Translations under genes and position numbers: made by a program
Shown: positions 58,626 through 64,000 of the stretch, in pieces
Numbering within the stretch: position 1 is the first letter of the stretch
How the letters are laid out: every line of letters starts with the position of its first letter
The notes under the pieces: generated by a model
The model's database searches: none
What the model was told of the DNA's origin: nothing
What the model saw: only the letters and a program-made list of their open reading frames with translations
Assembly: GCF_009914755.1 (NCBI RefSeq)
Contig: NC_060932.1
Source of the DNA: the human T2T-CHM13v2.0 reference genome, Homo sapiens
DNA: 64,000 bases
Direction: 5' to 3' (one strand)

Positions 58626-59576
58626 CACAGGCTTGTGAAAGCTTCCAGGTGCCCTTTAAAATACTGGTGACTTACTGAAAAACACCACTGAGAGTGACTG
58701 ATTGGTAGAAAAATCCTTGAAAAGAATTAGTGGGCCTATCTGTGGCATCAGGAAAGAAAATAGGAGCTTACTTATCAAAGAGGAATAGTTTATCTACCTG
58801 GTATTTCTAATCCTAACTCTGGCCCATTGAGAGGTCACTCAAGCATTCAGTCTGTGCTGAGGAATGTGGCGGGTGCCGGGGGGGTTGGAGGGGGGAGTGC
58901 GGAATGAACAGGCAGATACGGCTCCTACATCTACAAAGACCTGTACCTCCAGGCATCAAGTCTGTTCTAGGTGTGGGGATACCTGGTGAAGACAAGAATG
59001 TTCTCTTCTTCAAGGTGGAGTAGACAGAGAACAACCACGTGCATGCCAACATTCTGAGAAAACAGGCCCTTGTTGTTAAGAAGCATCAGGGAGATCAGAT
59101 GCCTGAAACAAGTGGCCACAGGAGGGATGAAGAGATACACTGGGACCCATCACACAGGGAGGAAAGGGCCATGGTAAGGAGACTGGATTGTATTCTGGAG
59201 GCCGTAGTTTGGCCAAGATGGAGCCTCTAGGGTTTTAGAACAAAGACGTGATTAGCTCTGACCTTGAGAAAAATGACTCTGGCTGTTGTGGTGGAAATGG
59301 AAGGTAAAGGGGCAAGACTGGAAAGGGAGGAGACAAGCTGGGTATTACATCACAACACTTATCTGAAGTATTTCTGTTGTGGTTCAATCCACTTCCTCCT
59401 CTGGGACCACACCCCAAACTCAAGGCTTCCTCCAAATCTTCTCTTCCTCCTCCATGTCTATTTAGTACCACAGTGATGGCACAAAGATGTTCACCCGGAC
59501 ACCAAAGTCACATTCCTCTTGTTTAACCCTTTTCCCAAGAGGCCACAAAATTCTGCCAATTCAATCTCAGCAGCAT

Positions 59577-59718
59577 TTCTTTTTTGTTGCTTTCTATTTT
59601 TTAGAAACAGGGGTCTCACTATGTTAATAGGCTAGATTCGAACCCTTGGGCTCAAGGGATCCTCCTGCCTCAGCTTCCAGAGCAGCTGGGACTACAAGTG
59701 TGTGCCTCTATGTCAGGT
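59577..59718 (-). mobile_element. Alu monomer (FLAM/FRAM-like)
   Basis: gaaacaggggtctcactatgtt...gggctcaagggatcctcctgcctcagc...gctgggactaca. Confidence 0.75.
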
Positions 59719-61694
59719 TATTCTGCAGCATTACTGAAACCCATTCCAAGGGCTCCTGTCTTACTTTAGGACTTAATCATGCCCCAGCCAGGTACTTCCA
59801 CAGCCTCTAGCAGTTCATCCTCCACCCATCCATCTTCCGCACCATTGCAGAGTGTTTCTAAATATGTCTAGTCATGCCACTCTCTGACTTTAAAACAGAA
59901 TCAAGTGGAACCCCCAACCATGGCTCATAAAGCCCTTCTCTGCCTCACCTCAATCTACTTTCACAGACTCGCCTTTGCAGCCAACCCACCCTTGTCACTG
60001 TGACTGTCCACTTTATATTCCTGGTTCTCCAAGTTCATGATGTCCTAACATGCCAGGCTCCTTTCTGGCCTTTATGACTCTGGAGATGCTAATTCTAGTA
60101 GCTAAAATTTTCTCTTTTCTGAACAATACTTCTGCCTCTCACCATTTTCTCCATCATCTTCTTAACAATTTTACAAACTCTTGTTCAACCTTTCAGATTG
60201 GGTTTTATCACCCAATAAGAAAGTTTCACTGCCCCCCTTCCCCAATTAAGAAATAATCTCTCTTCATTCACTAGTGCTATGAGAGCACCTGCCAGGTTAT
60301 AATGACATTTTCCTCACATTTTTATCTTGACAAAGAACAGTTATTAATCTTTTAAGATACCAGACACACATATGTATGTGTTTATTTATATATTACTTCC
60401 TCCCAGTTGTAGAGCCATCTTGCTGGCCCTGCACCCCAGGGTGTAGGAGAAGATCTAGATGTGCCCAGTGTACAGAAACTGGAACCTACCATCTAAATTT
60501 GACTGCCCCTCAGATGTCTCTGGTTCTCAGCTTCCTGACCTGCAAATGTGCAAGACTACACCAATCTGCAGTCTCTTCTGGCTCTGATTTCTGAAAATCA
60601 CGTATTTTCAAATCCTAGGAACATTATTCTTCTCTCTTAGCATGCTAGATTTCCTTTTAAATGAAAGAAATTTTAATTTAAAAAAAAGTAACACAAATAG
60701 CATCAACATGGAAATATATTTGGGAAAGTATCTGATATTCAAGATTTCCATGCAATTAAAAAGATAGGCCATAGTGTCAGGCTCAGATTCTAATTCCAGC
60801 CATTTCGGTGTCCCTATTTTGCATCCTCTGACCTCCAAGAGATATTCTGAAAAGTCTACCTTGAATTTACTACTCAAAGACTTCATCAATCTAAGAAGAC
60901 ATGCATTAATAATGCCTTTTTGGAGATGAAGAAATTAAGTCAGAAAGTAGGGATCCAGGGCCAAAAAACTAGTAAACGGAAAAATCAGGATTTTAACCCT
61001 GGAAAGCTTAACTCCAAAGTCTGTGCTTTCTGCCATGTCTGACTGCTTCTCCAACTAAAAAACATGTTTTATTCTACTTTTTGTCACGTCCAAGTATGGC
61101 GCATGCTAAGCTTACTATAGTTGCTTCATGTTCCTAGTTTCTGAGAACAGAAGTTTGAAGGGAATACAAGTGGTAAGCCATTGGTGACTTCTCCACTTCA
61201 ATTATGAGTTTAGACCCAATTGTTTATTCATCAAAACAAACCTCAGAGCTGCCAACCACAGATCTGGTCATTGTGGGTTTTGTTTTGTTTTATTTTTTAA
61301 TAAGGAGAGAAAGACCTAATTTGGCAGAGGAGACCAAGAAGCCCGGGCTATACATTTGCATAAAGATGATTACTAAAACTGAAGAATTGCTTCTCATAAA
61401 AAAAACTGATGGAGTTAAAAAAAAATCCAAATGAATTAAACCAGCAGTTCCTACCCTGTGATTTGTAGAAAACTGTTTCTGAGAGATGCTGGAAAGTATT
61501 CTGGAGAAAACAATTAATCTGTTTACCATTTGTAAAATGGTAAATTTGGAAAATACTACATTCTAACGATATCTTTTTCCTGGAGATACTGAATGCACGT
61601 CAGGCTATCAAAGACTGGAATGTTTTAAAGAAACATGTTTAACTCTATACTCCAACAATTCCCAACAAAGATAAAGTAAATAATTAAATAACTA

Positions 61695-62135
<441 letters not shown>

Positions 62136-63819
62136 TCAAAAAAATATACTATGTACATCAGCTAAAGAGGTCTGACAATTTTCTGATGTCAACAACAGAT
62201 ACTATCAGCAAAAAGATAAATAATTGTAATCAATTTTTATAGAACAAACAAAACCAAGACAAAAGAACTAAGAGGGAAAAATACAACAAAAATCATGCAT
62301 TAGACATATCGAAGTTGACATCTCTAATACATACTTAGGATGTAGAATTCTTATGTTGCTGCTATAAAGACCCAGAAGAACAGAGGGACAAAAAACATTA
62401 ACACAAGAAACCGAAAATAGCAAACATATGCAAGTAATTTCAGTTGCACTGATAAGTTTAAAATTCCACATGGAACAATAATAAAATGCATTTTTTATCC
62501 TTCTAAAGCTGTAAGAAATAGAAAAAAGAAATTTGGTGAATGGAGAGGCTTTGGAGAAATGGCCACAAACCATACAGAAGACAAATTATATTTCAAGTCA
62601 CAAAACCACCCTTACATTTGACATAGTAAATCCAGTCCTGATAATTCCTTTCAAAACAACTGTTGCCATTTCCTCAATAATAAAGGATGTGTATTATCAA
62701 ATGTTCTAAATCATCATTAGCAGTGTTTTATAGAAAGTTAGAAGTAACCTAAATCCAACAACAGTAAAATGGTAAACTAAAATAAAATAGAAATAGGAAG
62801 GACTCTATGGTTACTAAAAATTATGTATGGAACAAATTAGAATGGACAAAGGTCTATCATTTATTGTCTAATACATATGTGCAGATATCATAAAATATCA
62901 TAATTTAGAACATCAAGTTACATGTATTATAATAATGTAAATTATCTAGAACTGTAAAGTGCAGAGAGGTACCTACAGATGTTTAACAGCTGTGCTATGT
63001 TGTAATTAAGAAAATTTTTTCTTTTAAAATAATTTCCTTATACAATATTAAAAGATTGATTCAGTACTTAAAATATTTTTAATCCTCTTAACAGTGTCTT
63101 ATAATACATGCAATGCCTGCTTTTTCCTGAGCAATTTCAAAGGACCCAACAATATGTTAACTTTCATAGAAAACAAGGCAGAAATGGTACATACTCTCAG
63201 TAATCTCCATGTTGCCTTGTGAACTGTACATTTAAAAAATTAGTAGAATATTGTGTTTCAAGAGCTCCTGTCTGGGGCCCAAAAGAAAACTGTAATCACA
63301 GCAATTACCTTGTGAACCTCTAATTTCTGTTGTAGTTTTAAAGTTCGGAGTTAGCACACCCACCCACAAGCACCATGGCTTGTTCATCTTGATGCAATTT
63401 CAGTCCCATTCTTGGGAAAATAATAATTATAGGTACAACAAGGTATTTAAAGACCAAAAAAATACTCATGAAAACACCACTTCCATGTTACAACACAGTG
63501 AGAGTTCCTTAAAAGAATTAAAACCCAGACTGGAAAGAAGTTTCCTGAGTCACATCTTTTCAGGACAGTAAGAACTTACAGGATCCTACTTCAAAAGACA
63601 ACAGATTGGAACAGTTTGGAAACCACCGAGCCTTTTAGCTTCCCACCAGTTCTAAGATCCTATAATGTCCTAATAAACCTATTTGTCTGGGTCTTGACCT
63701 AAATGATTCAAAATATGCTATGCATGGCTCACAGTCATTCAGGCTTAGTTACACAATTTTTGTCTGAGATGGAGAATCACATAGCTACCAACTAGATGCT
63801 GGAATTTAAATAACATGGT

Positions 63820-64000
63820 TTGGAACACAAAATCTAGAGCCAAACCGCCTGTGGTCAAATGCTAGCTCCACTACTTACATGACCTGGGCCAGAAACTTAA
63901 CCCGGCTGTGCCTCAGTTTCCTCCCTCTATAAAACAGGGAAATTTATAGTAATTAATCTCATAGAGTTATAAGGATTAAGTGAAGAAATCCATATAAAGT
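63820..64000 (+). mobile_element. MIR
   Basis: ctagagccaaaccgcctg...gctccactacttac...tgtgcctcagtttcctccctctataaaacaggg. Confidence 0.8.

Overview
Primate (human-like) genomic DNA lying wholly inside the ASAP1 (DDEF1/AMAP1) gene on the minus strand. Only two coding exons are present (47578-47650 and 25197-25342). They splice in frame to give [73 protein letters not shown], recognised as part of the N-terminal BAR domain. The rest is intron packed with Alu, L1, L2, MIR, LTR and hAT/Tigger relics; most ORF-track ORFs are repeat-derived or chance. I found no prokaryote-style novel system. The most interesting signals are splicing or regulatory: a 243-nt candidate poison exon with a tandem stop (19271-19513), a frame-preserving antisense-Alu exon candidate behind a ~150-nt pyrimidine tract, a RUNX/NF-kB/E-box cluster, an ARE created inside a MER1B, a perfect 16-bp hairpin and multi-layer nested insertions. 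Repeat family names are assigned by eye from remembered consensus sequences, and repeat boundaries without TSDs are approximate.
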